Assembly: GCA_036787895.1 (NCBI GenBank)
Contig: DAIQOK010000014.1
Location: 5,415-69,414, forward strand
Reading direction: 5' to 3'
From: Bacteroidota bacterium
Lineage (GTDB): Bacteria > Bacteroidota > Bacteroidia > UBA7662
DNA: 64,000 nucleotides
Each line of letters opens with the position of its first letter. Position 1 is the stretch's first letter. This document shows positions 20,237 to 29,667 of the stretch, one piece after another. A model generated the notes under the pieces. That model had not been told where the DNA came from. It saw only the letters and a program-made list of their open reading frames with translations, and ran no database searches. Position numbers and translations under genes: made by a program.

Positions 20237-20430
20237 TTTTTCTTCTCATCCCGGCTCAAATCAACGGTAAACCCTGATTTAGCTCGATGACCGCTTAGGC
20301 CATATAAAAAGTTCCAACGGACACGCTAATGCAATTTCTTTTCCGGACATCTCGGCTCAAATCTTCGACAAGTTCTGATTTGGCTCGATGACCGTGGCCG
20401 CGTGAAAAACAGTTTTCGGCACGCTCAACC
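20237..20430. repeat. two imperfect ~95-bp direct repeats upstream of pgm
   Basis: Both units contain ..cggctcaaatc..ctgattt(a/g)gctcgatgaccg.. with an internal imperfect hairpin (gctcaaatc / gatttgagc). Function unknown. Confidence 0.4.
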
Positions 20431-20559
20431 GGGTTTATGGCAAAGTACATCGCTGAACCGCGAGCATTGAGTTTTTATCTTTTAGCGAATAACCTTATGG
20501 ATTTTTAATCGATTTTTACACCCGTCAATAGACTATAAGCCAGTTTATAACTCAAACCT

Positions 20560-22293
20560 ATGCTACATCCAGACGCCCAAATCGCCAACCGCATTAACCA
20601 ATGGTTGACCGGTCAATACGACGAAAGCACCAAGGCAGAAATTCACCGTATGGTCGACGCCAAGGAATATGAAGCCCTCACCGACGCCTTTTACCGTGAT
20701 CTGGAATTTGGTACCGGTGGCTTGCGCGGCATCATGGGGGTAGGTTCGAATCGGGTGAACCGCTATACCCTGGCTGCTGCTACGCAAGGTTTAAGCAATT
20801 ACCTCAAAAAACAATTTCCCGCACAGGAAATTAAGGTGGTAATCGCTCACGACAATCGCAACAATGCCACCACATTTGCCCAAGTAGTCGCCGATGTATT
20901 TTCGGCCAACGACATTTTCGTTTATTATTTCGAGACACTGCGCCCAACCCCGGAACTCAGTTTTGCGATACGCGAATTGGGCTGCCAAAGTGGGGTAATG
21001 CTCACTGCTTCCCACAACCCCAAAGAGTACAGCGGTTATAAGGCTTATTGGAATGATGGTGGTCAGATTATCGCCCCACACGATAAAAATATCATTGGCG
21101 AGGTGGAAGCCATCCAGGATTTAAGCCAGATAAATTTCACCGCCAAAAAGGAAAATATAGCCCTATTAGGTGCGGAGATGGATGTTTTGTTTCTCGACAA
21201 AGTAAAATCGGTGAGCCTCAACCCTGAAGCCATCAAAGCCCAACAGGACCTCAAAATTGTGTTTTCACCCATCCATGGTACCGGTATCACCCTCGTTCCG
21301 CAAGCTTTAAAGGCAATTGGGTTCCGTAATGTGAGCTTGGTAAAATCACAATGTGTGATTGATGGCAACTTCCCTACCGTGGTATATCCCAACCCCGAAG
21401 AAGAAGAGGCCATGACATTGGCCTTACAGCAAGCCCGGGAAATTGATGCCGATTTGGTACTCGCCACCGACCCCGATGCCGACCGCGTGGGCATAGCGGT
21501 AAAAAACAATAAAAACGAGTTTATTCTCCTCAACGGCAACCAAACCGGGGTGTTGCTGTTCGATTACCTTCTCAACCAATGGGAAGCCAAAGGCAAACTC
21601 AAAGGTAACGAATACATCATCAAAACCGTAGTGACCACCTACCTCATCGATAAAATGGCCGCTGCCAAAGGGGTAACATGTTATAATACGCTCACCGGTT
21701 TTAAATTTATTGGCGCTTTAATGACTGAATTGGTCGGTAAAAAGACCTTTATCGCCGGCTGTGAAGAGAGTTACGGCTACCTCGTTGGTGACCATGTGCG
21801 CGACAAGGATGCCGTTGTGGCCTGCACAATGATTGCGGAGATGGCAGCTTATTACAAAAACCAAGGCAAATCGCTGTTCGATGCCCTGATGCATATTTAC
21901 CTCACCCATGGTTTATACCTGGAGAATTTGTTATCGGTAACCAAAAAAGGCAAAAGCGGCGCCGAAGAAATCGCCGCTTTAATGCAGGGCTACCGCAGCC
22001 AGGCCCCGGCTACCCTGGGCGGACGCAAAGTAATTGTGGTGAAAGATTACCAGCAACAAACCGAAACCAATCTGCTTAGCGGCAAGGTAACGGCTATCGG
22101 CCTGCCCAAATCCAATGTGATGCAGTTCATCACCGAAGGCGATTATATCGTCTCCGCCCGCCCATCGGGTACCGAGCCGAAAATTAAATACTATGTGAGC
22201 GTGAACACGACACTCGACAAGCCCGAAGACTACGACACCAAAAAAGCAGCATTGGAAGCTTTGATTGAATCGTTGAAGGGGGATTTGGTGTAG
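20560..22293 (+). CDS. phosphoglucomutase/phosphomannomutase family phospho-sugar mutase
   Basis: Active-site loop TASHNPKEYSGYK. Mg-binding DPDADR. Sugar-binding CEESYGY. 577 aa. Confidence 0.85.
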   Translation: MLHPDAQIANRINQWLTGQYDESTKAEIHRMVDAKEYEALTDAFYRDLEFGTGGLRGIMGVGSNRVNRYTLAAATQGLSNYLKKQFPAQEIKVVIAHDNRNNATTFAQVVADVFSANDIFVYYFETLRPTPELSFAIRELGCQSGVMLTASHNPKEYSGYKAYWNDGGQIIAPHDKNIIGEVEAIQDLSQINFTAKKENIALLGAEMDVLFLDKVKSVSLNPEAIKAQQDLKIVFSPIHGTGITLVPQALKAIGFRNVSLVKSQCVIDGNFPTVVYPNPEEEEAMTLALQQAREIDADLVLATDPDADRVGIAVKNNKNEFILLNGNQTGVLLFDYLLNQWEAKGKLKGNEYIIKTVVTTYLIDKMAAAKGVTCYNTLTGFKFIGALMTELVGKKTFIAGCEESYGYLVGDHVRDKDAVVACTMIAEMAAYYKNQGKSLFDALMHIYLTHGLYLENLLSVTKKGKSGAEEIAALMQGYRSQAPATLGGRKVIVVKDYQQQTETNLLSGKVTAIGLPKSNVMQFITEGDYIVSARPSGTEPKIKYYVSVNTTLDKPEDYDTKKAALEALIESLKGDLV

Positions 22294-22312
22294 CGGTTTA
22301 ATTGGTAGAAAG

Positions 22313-22500
22313 TATGGCCATCGGCTGGGAACAATCGTCAGCCGAATCGTTGACAATGTGCCGTCTATCAGCTAAAAGCATTCCATAGTCCGCGGTCCAT
22401 GGTCGATTTATGGCGCTTCCGCAATGGGCCAGCTACTATCGACTTATTGACAGCAGGTCGTCTATTAGCCAGAGTAGTTCATGGTCTATTTTTTTTTTTG
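22313..22500. repeat. two degenerate copies of the ~93-bp palindromic intergenic repeat family
   Basis: Shares blocks with the 26888-27162 array: tatggccatcg..ttgacaatgtgccgtctatcagc..ccatagtcc in the first copy and ctactatcgac..ttgacagc..attagccag..tcatggtc in the second. Ends in a T11 run. Confidence 0.55.
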
Positions 22501-22757
22501 GAGGAGACAACCCCTCTTACGTCTCACGCCTTCAACAACCAATTGCAACTTTCCCTCAAACCCCTTATCTTCAACTGCTACTGCTGAGCAGTGTCTTAGG
22601 TTTTGAAATTGTTAAATTTTCTACTTAATGTTTGGATGAGCGTAACTTTTGTTTAGCTTACCTATTCATCTAAACCCTTTAGTTATGAAAAACACCTTAG
22701 CGTTCGGTAAACTCACGACGAGAAACCCGTTTAAAGCCTCCAATCGAAATATTTCGA

Positions 22758-22764
22758 GGGGGGG
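22758..22764 (+). repeat. G7 homopolymer in the 5' region of the type IX cargo gene
   Basis: Seven consecutive G. It separates an ATG-initiated 28-codon frame (22685..22771) from the signal-peptide-like sequence of the 22818 ORF. Confidence 0.6.
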
Positions 22765-22817
22765 TAGGTAGCAATTGGTCGAAACCGGGCAAATTCAGCC
22801 TCCTAATTAGCCTAAGT

Positions 22818-24572
22818 ATGCTTCTATCACCAAATTTGATGGTCAATGCGCAGTTTGTTGCTCCTGTAACGGCTGATGAAATCACCGGCTGTAGCGCTTC
22901 GCAGGTAGAAAACACAGGGACCAGTGCGCTTGGCGATTTGCAAGTGATAGTTTGGGATGGCGATGCGCCTGGAATTTCTTTTATCGATCACAGCAGCTCA
23001 CCAGCAACTGTATCCTGTTTCAACTTAATCACCCATACTGGTGAGGGTCAAGTCAAAGACCCGGATGTAGTTTGGGATTATGGTGGTGGAAACCTGGTTT
23101 TGGTCGTGTACGAAGAACACAATGGTTCTAATGTTTCGGTTTGGTCGCAAATGTGGCGATGGAATGGTGGGTCGCCGGTGCTCGAAACGATGTACGGCAG
23201 CTCAGGCTATCTGCAACTTGGTCAAAGCAGCACCACTTATCCCAATGTAGATGCCGATTTTGACGGCCACGCTGTTGCAGTTTGGGAGAAAAGCCCAAAT
23301 ATTTACGCCAAAACCATTGATTTTGGCACACTCACTGCATCGAGCCATTTATTTTGGGTTGATGAATGTGCTACTGCAGGTATTGAGCCAGATGTAGCCA
23401 TGCGCAATTATAATGATGCCACCCATGTAAGTTTTGTGTATGCCGACCCGGTTCATATTGACATCATAGTGGTGCAGGAATATTATGGAACGGTACAATC
23501 CTCAACCACCAGCTGTAATCACCTTGCATTGGCCAAGCCCACAGGCGTTACTATAGATTACGTTGGTGTACCCAGAATTGCCATGCCCAACTGGGAAACC
23601 ACAGGAGTCAAATGGTTCGATGGCTGGGATGCATCGGTGGTTTACGAAGGGAAAAATTCAACTGATTATTTAATTGTTACAGCGAACAGAATCACCCATT
23701 GGCAAGGATGGATACCAAACTCCCTTCCGTGGATACCACCTTATACGTGGTATTGTGGCGCACATACTTATTCTTCACCGGCATTTCCCTCAGCTACTGG
23801 AACAGAGTGGATTTCGGACATTTTAAACATTTCAGGAATTTCATTAGCTCATCCAACGGGTATTTTACAGCTCAATCCTCCATTAGTTGATTTACACGCA
23901 GACGGCTCATTGAGACCGGTTGTAGCTCAAGTGGGAGACTTTATTACTTATAATGCTTGGACCTGGGAGGATAATTCAAACCAATTTTCTGGATATGATG
24001 AAGTATTAATGAGAAGGCTAATGTTAGATCTTGATGGTACGCTTCCATTTAGTCAGATGCTAACGGGTGGTGATGTATTGACTGGAAATTATGAAATACC
24101 GATTCCAACCACTGAGGATTATTTTCTTGTAAGTGATGGTAATGTTAGTAATGAACAAAATGACATAGTTTCAATAGCGGGTACTTCAGGTCATGCCTAT
24201 TTTGCCTTTGTACATAAAGGGAGCGGATCCGACAATATTGTTTTTAAACGTTCGGTTCAAGCACCCAATACTGCAGTCCGTAAAGCTCCCCAAAGTGTTA
24301 AAATTGAAACATCCAATGATGAAAATGTCAAAAGCTCTTCGGCTTATCCAAACCCATTTAATGAGATACTGAATGTTAAAAGTGAGCAGAAAATAACAGC
24401 GATTCATATTTCAGACATAAATGGTAGGGAAATCTGGTCGGCTAGTCAAATAAATGCCAAATTGTATTCTATACTTTTTGCACCTAATCAGTTACGTGAG
24501 GGGTTGTATATACTTGAAATTATAGATGAGCATGGATTAAGCAGTCATGTGAAACTATTCCATAAACCGTGA
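22818..24572 (+). CDS. secreted protein with T9SS type-A C-terminal sorting domain (5' end uncertain)
   Basis: C-terminus YPNPFNEILNVKSEQKITAIHISDINGREI...LYILEI matches the Por secretion tail. The body has no domain I recognise. The only in-frame ATG leaves a truncated signal peptide. Confidence 0.65.
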   Translation: MLLSPNLMVNAQFVAPVTADEITGCSASQVENTGTSALGDLQVIVWDGDAPGISFIDHSSSPATVSCFNLITHTGEGQVKDPDVVWDYGGGNLVLVVYEEHNGSNVSVWSQMWRWNGGSPVLETMYGSSGYLQLGQSSTTYPNVDADFDGHAVAVWEKSPNIYAKTIDFGTLTASSHLFWVDECATAGIEPDVAMRNYNDATHVSFVYADPVHIDIIVVQEYYGTVQSSTTSCNHLALAKPTGVTIDYVGVPRIAMPNWETTGVKWFDGWDASVVYEGKNSTDYLIVTANRITHWQGWIPNSLPWIPPYTWYCGAHTYSSPAFPSATGTEWISDILNISGISLAHPTGILQLNPPLVDLHADGSLRPVVAQVGDFITYNAWTWEDNSNQFSGYDEVLMRRLMLDLDGTLPFSQMLTGGDVLTGNYEIPIPTTEDYFLVSDGNVSNEQNDIVSIAGTSGHAYFAFVHKGSGSDNIVFKRSVQAPNTAVRKAPQSVKIETSNDENVKSSSAYPNPFNEILNVKSEQKITAIHISDINGREIWSASQINAKLYSILFAPNQLREGLYILEIIDEHGLSSHVKLFHKP

Positions 24573-26857
24573 AAAAAACGGCATTATACATCTTATTGTT
24601 AATTTCTAGCTTCCCCTTGAGTACTATGGCTCAAGGGGAGGCAAATTTATGGATTCTTTATGGAGGTGAAATGCGTTTTTCACCCCAGTTTTCTTGGAGT
24701 CCGTATGCTACACAAACCCATTTCAATGTATTTGATAAATTTACCGTGAGCACATGTGATAGTAGGCTTCTATTTCATGCTGTTAGAAGTAATAACATTG
24801 GTGGAAGAGCAATAATATTGGATAGTAACAATGTTCAATCTTCACAATATATTCTGGCAACAGATAGATTATTTCCAATTAAACAGCACAATAATCTTTA
24901 TCAAATAGCAATGGAATCTACTAATCCTTCATTATGGATTTTGCGTACTCCAGCACTTTTTTTACTTAACCCAGGGATAGCTAACTCTATGGTTCAACAG
25001 GATTCCATGTATTATACTCAAACCGAAGGTTATACTGTGACAAAAAAAGATAGCTTGTATGGATATTGGTTTATTTATTACAGCGCAGGAAATAATAGAA
25101 TAGTTGCACTTCCTTTTAATAGTCAAGGATTTGATAGTGCAGGATCTGTACATACTTCGGTTCCGCCCATTCCTTGGTACAATCAACCCAATCGCATAGA
25201 AGTTTCACCCAACGGCAAAATTGTTGCTATGGCAGACTACAATGCGAATGTGTTGCATTTATGGCAATTTAAACCTCAAACAGGTGAATGGTCAAATCGT
25301 CTCAGCATTTCAGCATTCAGCATAGGCCCTTTTAACTTGCAATCCAGGATGCTTAGTCTATGTTTTTCAGAGCACAGCACTAAATTATATGTCAAATCCA
25401 GTGGCGACCAAATACAAGGTATGTATCAATTGGATTTGACAACATGGGATTCAATACACATTCAAAATAGTGCGCATTACATATCTGTTCCTGGCCGTAG
25501 TTTCAGTTGGCCCGCGCTTGCGCCTGACGGAAATATTTATTTCAATAGCTACGATAACAGGCCAATTGACAGTCTATTTTACGGCAGGCTTTTATATTCG
25601 GATTCAACTTTTGTTCCTCAAAATCTGGAAGTTAATATTGCAGGGTTTAAAACTTATAATGGACGCGTAGGTTATGCTGACGGTTCTATTAACCGTTTCC
25701 CTTGGATTAATCCCCATTATCTCAACCCCAACCGCTACAGCATAGTCGCTCAAAACCAATGTTTCGGCGATAGCACCCGATTGAGTTTGTACGATTACCA
25801 AAACCTCGATACGGTGGTTTGGGATTTTGGCGATGGCAGTCCGCGAACAAACAATTTCGCCCCTGCCCATCTCTACCCTGCGCCGGGTTTGTATGTTGTA
25901 ACTGCTTTTACCCGCTATTGCAACCGGCCCGATACGCTGTATTACCAGTTAGAAATTTTGGGTAACCCCGAATTGCCTTTTGCCGATAGCAGCATTTGCC
26001 GGGGCGATAGTTTGCGTTTACAATTACCTGCCAACTGGCAATATGTGTGGAGTACGGGCGATAGTACGGCAACAGTTAGTTTTGGTGCAGCAGGCACCTA
26101 CAGCGTTACCATCAACAACGGTTGTTTTACCGCCACCGATAGTTTTGAACTGCACATCGTAGATCCCGCTACCACCACCTTGCCTGTCGATACCGGTTTT
26201 TGTATGGGAGATAGTGTGTGGATAGATCCAGGGCCATTGGCAGGTTCAGTTCTATGGTCGGATGGCGGCAGGGATGCCCGGTGGATCAGTCAGGCGGGGA
26301 ATTATACACTCAGTATGACCAATGCCTGCGGTACCGAAAATCAGAGTATTTCCATTGGCGTTTATGGCGCTCCGCCGCTCACCCTGCACGATACCAGCCT
26401 CTGTGAAGGCCGGGTGTTGCGCATCGAATTGCCCGAATACTGGGAAACCAACTATTTGTGGCAGGATGGAAATACCGAACGCATCCGTAGCCTCAACGAC
26501 AGTGGTTTGTACATCGTCAATGCCAACAACCCCTGCGGTAGCAATACCGACAGCCTCCTACTCGAACTGCGCGATTGTAATTGTACGCTCTACTTACCCA
26601 ATGCCTTTAGTCCGAATGGCGATGGCATCAACGATCAGTTTAACATCATCAGCCGTTGCCCCTTGAGCGAATTCGAACTCCTCATCTACGACCGCTGGGG
26701 CAAAAACATCTTCCGCTCCACCACCATCTCCCAAGGTTGGGACGGCCGTTTTAACGGAGAACTGCTGCCGGTAGGTGCCTATGCCTACGTAATCCGCTAT
26801 ATGCCCGAAGGCAGCGGCTGGAAGGTGGATAAGGGCGTAGTGCATTTGGTGCGCTAA
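24569..26857 (+). CDS. PKD-domain protein with T9SS type-B (gliding-motility-associated) C-terminal sorting domain
   Basis: Signal peptide MKKTALYILLLISSFPLSTMAQ. PKD motif VVWDFGDGSP. C-terminus CTLYLPNAFSPNGDGINDQF...YDRWG is the type-B CTD. GTG start overlaps the upstream TGA. Confidence 0.75.
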   Translation: MKKTALYILLLISSFPLSTMAQGEANLWILYGGEMRFSPQFSWSPYATQTHFNVFDKFTVSTCDSRLLFHAVRSNNIGGRAIILDSNNVQSSQYILATDRLFPIKQHNNLYQIAMESTNPSLWILRTPALFLLNPGIANSMVQQDSMYYTQTEGYTVTKKDSLYGYWFIYYSAGNNRIVALPFNSQGFDSAGSVHTSVPPIPWYNQPNRIEVSPNGKIVAMADYNANVLHLWQFKPQTGEWSNRLSISAFSIGPFNLQSRMLSLCFSEHSTKLYVKSSGDQIQGMYQLDLTTWDSIHIQNSAHYISVPGRSFSWPALAPDGNIYFNSYDNRPIDSLFYGRLLYSDSTFVPQNLEVNIAGFKTYNGRVGYADGSINRFPWINPHYLNPNRYSIVAQNQCFGDSTRLSLYDYQNLDTVVWDFGDGSPRTNNFAPAHLYPAPGLYVVTAFTRYCNRPDTLYYQLEILGNPELPFADSSICRGDSLRLQLPANWQYVWSTGDSTATVSFGAAGTYSVTINNGCFTATDSFELHIVDPATTTLPVDTGFCMGDSVWIDPGPLAGSVLWSDGGRDARWISQAGNYTLSMTNACGTENQSISIGVYGAPPLTLHDTSLCEGRVLRIELPEYWETNYLWQDGNTERIRSLNDSGLYIVNANNPCGSNTDSLLLELRDCNCTLYLPNAFSPNGDGINDQFNIISRCPLSEFELLIYDRWGKNIFRSTTISQGWDGRFNGELLPVGAYAYVIRYMPEGSGWKVDKGVVHLVR

Positions 26858-26887
26858 GAATTTTGGCCGGTTCAAAGTTGGCAAGTG

Positions 26888-27162
26888 CTAGGGTGGCTAT
26901 GGACAATCGACTGTCGACACTTTGACAGTGTGCCGTTGATCAGCCAGGGTTTGTCCACTGTCCATAGTACATTTTTTCATCGCATCAGCTATGGACCATC
27001 GACTGTCGACACTTTGACAGTGTGCCGTTGATCAGCCAGGGCTTGTCCACTGACCATAGTCCATTTTTTCGTCGCATCGGCTATGGACTATCGACGCTTT
27101 GACAGCATGCCGTTGATTAGCCAGGGCTTGTCCACTGTCCATGGTCGGTTTTTTCAGGACGA
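26888..27162. repeat. tandem array of three ~93-bp palindromic repeat units (terminator-like stem-loop plus T-run each)
   Basis: The unit gctatggac(c/a)atcgactgtcgacactttgacagtgtgccgttgatcagccagggcttgtccactg(a/t)ccatagtccatttttt appears three times head-to-tail. Each has a 9-bp closing stem ctatggaca / tgtccatag followed by a T-run. Confidence 0.8.
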
Positions 27163-27274
27163 AACAAAAAAACCGTTAAGCCTAAAACTCCAACCATTCG
27201 ATAAACTCACCACAAGATATCCCATTTTACCGAAAGCTGCACATAAGTCCCGAGGATTTCGGGGAACGACTCTT

Positions 27275-29449
27275 TTACTTCCGTGCCTGAACCGCTGAAA
27301 GCACCCAACGCAACTCCCCCCAACCGTAGCCATCACCTAATTTAGCTTTGAGTTGCCCCAGGGCCAGTTCCGATTTGCCTTCAATCGCTGCCATAATCAC
27401 TTCCTGCCGGGCTTTGGGTACCAATTCATCAATATCGAGTTGCCTTTTCAGTAACAGCATGCCTAAGTGGCCTTCGATGGTGGATAGGGCCAAACCGCGT
27501 GCTTCGGCTATTTCCATCACATTTTTGCCAGTTTTGAACAGACGTAATGTTTCGAAATAACTATCCCCCAATTTGCCGCTGGTGCTGTTGGCTTTTGCTT
27601 TTGAGTTTGCTTTTTTGGACCGACCACTTTTATCGGCCATACGGCTGCTGAGTTGATGCTCCTGACAATAGGCCCGGATAATTTTTAGGAAGCCTTGTCC
27701 GTACTGCTCCACTTTGTACTGGCCAAAACCGCTAATTCGGAACAAATCATCTTCATCGAAGGGCAGGTAGGTGGCCAGCTCCTGCAAGCTCGCATCAGAT
27801 AAAACGGTATAGGCGGGCACATTCAACTCGGTTGCCAATTGGGTGCGCAGCGCTTTCAATTCGAGCAATAAACCGGCTTCGTAGGTCAACATTTCAGGCA
27901 AGGCTGGCTCGATTTCTTCCTGTTTAACCAGTGTAGAAAGCATGACTTTTTCACCACCCTGAAGTACTTGCCAGCTTTTGCTGTTCAGTTTCAAGACACT
28001 GTACTCGCCTTCCAGTTCAGCATACCCCTGGCGCACCAATTCACGGATGATGTTGGTCCATTCCTCCTTGCTTTTGCCTTTACCGATGCCGTAGGTTTTG
28101 AGCATTTTATGTGCTTCTTTGATTTTTTCTGACTTCGAACCCCGCAGAAAGTCGACCACATAGCCGATGCCAAAACGTTCCTGAACCCTGGCGATGGCCG
28201 AAAGTGCCTGCTGGGCCTCCAGGGTTGCGTCAAATCGTTCGTATTCACCCAGGCAGATGTCACAATTACCGCAGTGGTCGGAAGCATCTTCGCTGAAATA
28301 CCGGAGCAGGTGCTGGCGGCGGCAACTGTGCATGGAGCCAAAATCGACCATCTGATCCAGCTTTTTTAACATGATGCGTTGTTGTTCGGCATCCTCATGA
28401 TCAATAAATCCTTTGAGTTTGATGGCATCGCCCCTACTGAAAAACAACAAAGCTGTGCTGGGCAGGCCATCTCGCCCGGCACGACCGGTTTCCTGGTAAT
28501 AACTTTCGATGTTTTTGGGCAAATCCATGTGAATCACAAAACGCACATTCGATTTGTCGATACCCATGCCAAAGGCGATGGTGGCTACGATGATTTTGAC
28601 CTCATCCTTCTGAAACATCTCCTGGTGCCTGGCACGCTCTTCAGAAGTCAAACCAGCATGATAAACTTTGGCTGGATATCCTACTTCATTCAGGGTTTCG
28701 GCCACTTTTTCTGTGCCTTTGCGACTCAGGCAGTATACGATTCCGCTGTCGTCGGGGTGTTTGGCAAGGAATTCCAACAACTGAGTTGAGCTACTCCGTT
28801 TGGGCTGTACCAGGTAGGTAATATTCGGTCGATTAAAGCTCGAGATAAAGGTTCGCGCATTTTTGAGTTTCAGCTTCTCGCGTATATCGTTACGCGTGAG
28901 CTCATCGGCGGTGGCGGTGAGTGCCAAAACCGGCACCTTTGGAAATGCCACCCGTAGCTCGCCTAACCTCAGGTATTCGGCCCGAAAATCGTGCCCCCAA
29001 TGGGAGATGCAGTGTGCTTCATCTACTGCGATGAAGCTCACTTCCTGCTGTTTGAGGTAGTCGATGAACTTTAAATCGTCGCTGAGCAGTTTCTCCGGTG
29101 CGAGATAAAGCATTTTGAGCTCCTTGCGGTTGAGCTGGTCGTACACCTGGCTGCGTTCGGACGTAGTCATACCCGAGTTCACAAAAGCTGCCGCAATGCC
29201 ATTTAATTTGAGGGCATCCACCTGGTCTTTCATGAGTGCAATAAGGGGCGAAATGACAATGGTAAGTCCAGGCAAAAGCATAGCCGGGATTTGATAACAC
29301 AAACTTTTACCGCCTCCGGTGGGCATGAGTACCAACGCATCCCCATGGTTCAGCACATGCTGGATGATTTCTTCCTGCTCGTTGCGAAAGTTATCATAAC
29401 CAAAATACTGCTGGAGTATGTCGACTGGCCGGGCTTGGGTGAGCTGCAT
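27275..29449 (-). CDS. recQ: ATP-dependent DNA helicase RecQ (long form with HRDC and C-terminal extension)
   Basis: Motif I LVLMPTGGGKSLCYQ. DEAH box (FIAVDEAHCISHWGHDFR). Zn-binding cysteines CRRQ..C..CDIC. HRDC region. 724 aa. Confidence 0.9.
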   Translation of the reverse strand: MQLTQARPVDILQQYFGYDNFRNEQEEIIQHVLNHGDALVLMPTGGGKSLCYQIPAMLLPGLTIVISPLIALMKDQVDALKLNGIAAAFVNSGMTTSERSQVYDQLNRKELKMLYLAPEKLLSDDLKFIDYLKQQEVSFIAVDEAHCISHWGHDFRAEYLRLGELRVAFPKVPVLALTATADELTRNDIREKLKLKNARTFISSFNRPNITYLVQPKRSSSTQLLEFLAKHPDDSGIVYCLSRKGTEKVAETLNEVGYPAKVYHAGLTSEERARHQEMFQKDEVKIIVATIAFGMGIDKSNVRFVIHMDLPKNIESYYQETGRAGRDGLPSTALLFFSRGDAIKLKGFIDHEDAEQQRIMLKKLDQMVDFGSMHSCRRQHLLRYFSEDASDHCGNCDICLGEYERFDATLEAQQALSAIARVQERFGIGYVVDFLRGSKSEKIKEAHKMLKTYGIGKGKSKEEWTNIIRELVRQGYAELEGEYSVLKLNSKSWQVLQGGEKVMLSTLVKQEEIEPALPEMLTYEAGLLLELKALRTQLATELNVPAYTVLSDASLQELATYLPFDEDDLFRISGFGQYKVEQYGQGFLKIIRAYCQEHQLSSRMADKSGRSKKANSKAKANSTSGKLGDSYFETLRLFKTGKNVMEIAEARGLALSTIEGHLGMLLLKRQLDIDELVPKARQEVIMAAIEGKSELALGQLKAKLGDGYGWGELRWVLSAVQARK

Positions 29450-29641
29450 GACTTAAAGGTAAAGGCTCTAAGCAAGGCAAACAAGGAGATACGGCCTTTG
29501 TGAAAAAAGTTGCGCTAAAAGAGAAAGAAAAGAGTTTGGCAAGGATTAAAAGTTGGGGTTTGCCAAAGAGCGCCTAAAATAATCCACTACACAAATACAC
29601 CATTAATAGCACTTGTTTTTCCGAAAATATAATTTAATTTT

Positions 29642-29655
29642 ATACCAATCGGTAT
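29642..29655 (+). promoter_or_regulatory. candidate TetR operator (inverted repeat ATACC-n4-GGTAT)
   Basis: ataccaatcggtat sits about 12 bp upstream of the tetR ATG in an AT-rich leader. Confidence 0.3.
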
Positions 29656-29667
29656 TATATTTGCATC

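Noticed and set aside
20126-20559. Prophage or integrative-element attachment site next to pgm
   Set aside because: No integrase, no tRNA, and no compositional shift. The repeats are local and imperfect.
20745-20765. ggttcgaatcggg, a tRNA T-loop-like string
   Set aside because: Lies inside the pgm coding frame (GVGSNRVNRY). No acceptor or anticodon arms can be built around it.
22634-22642. TAACTTTTG as a Bacteroidota sigma-A -7 box upstream of the cargo operon
   Set aside because: One T too many relative to TAnnTTTG, and no convincing -33 TTG at the right spacing. Noted but not called.
26888-27162. Possible CRISPR array
   Set aside because: The units are contiguous with no unique spacers, are 93 bp long, are internally palindromic, and end in T-runs. 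No cas genes are nearby.
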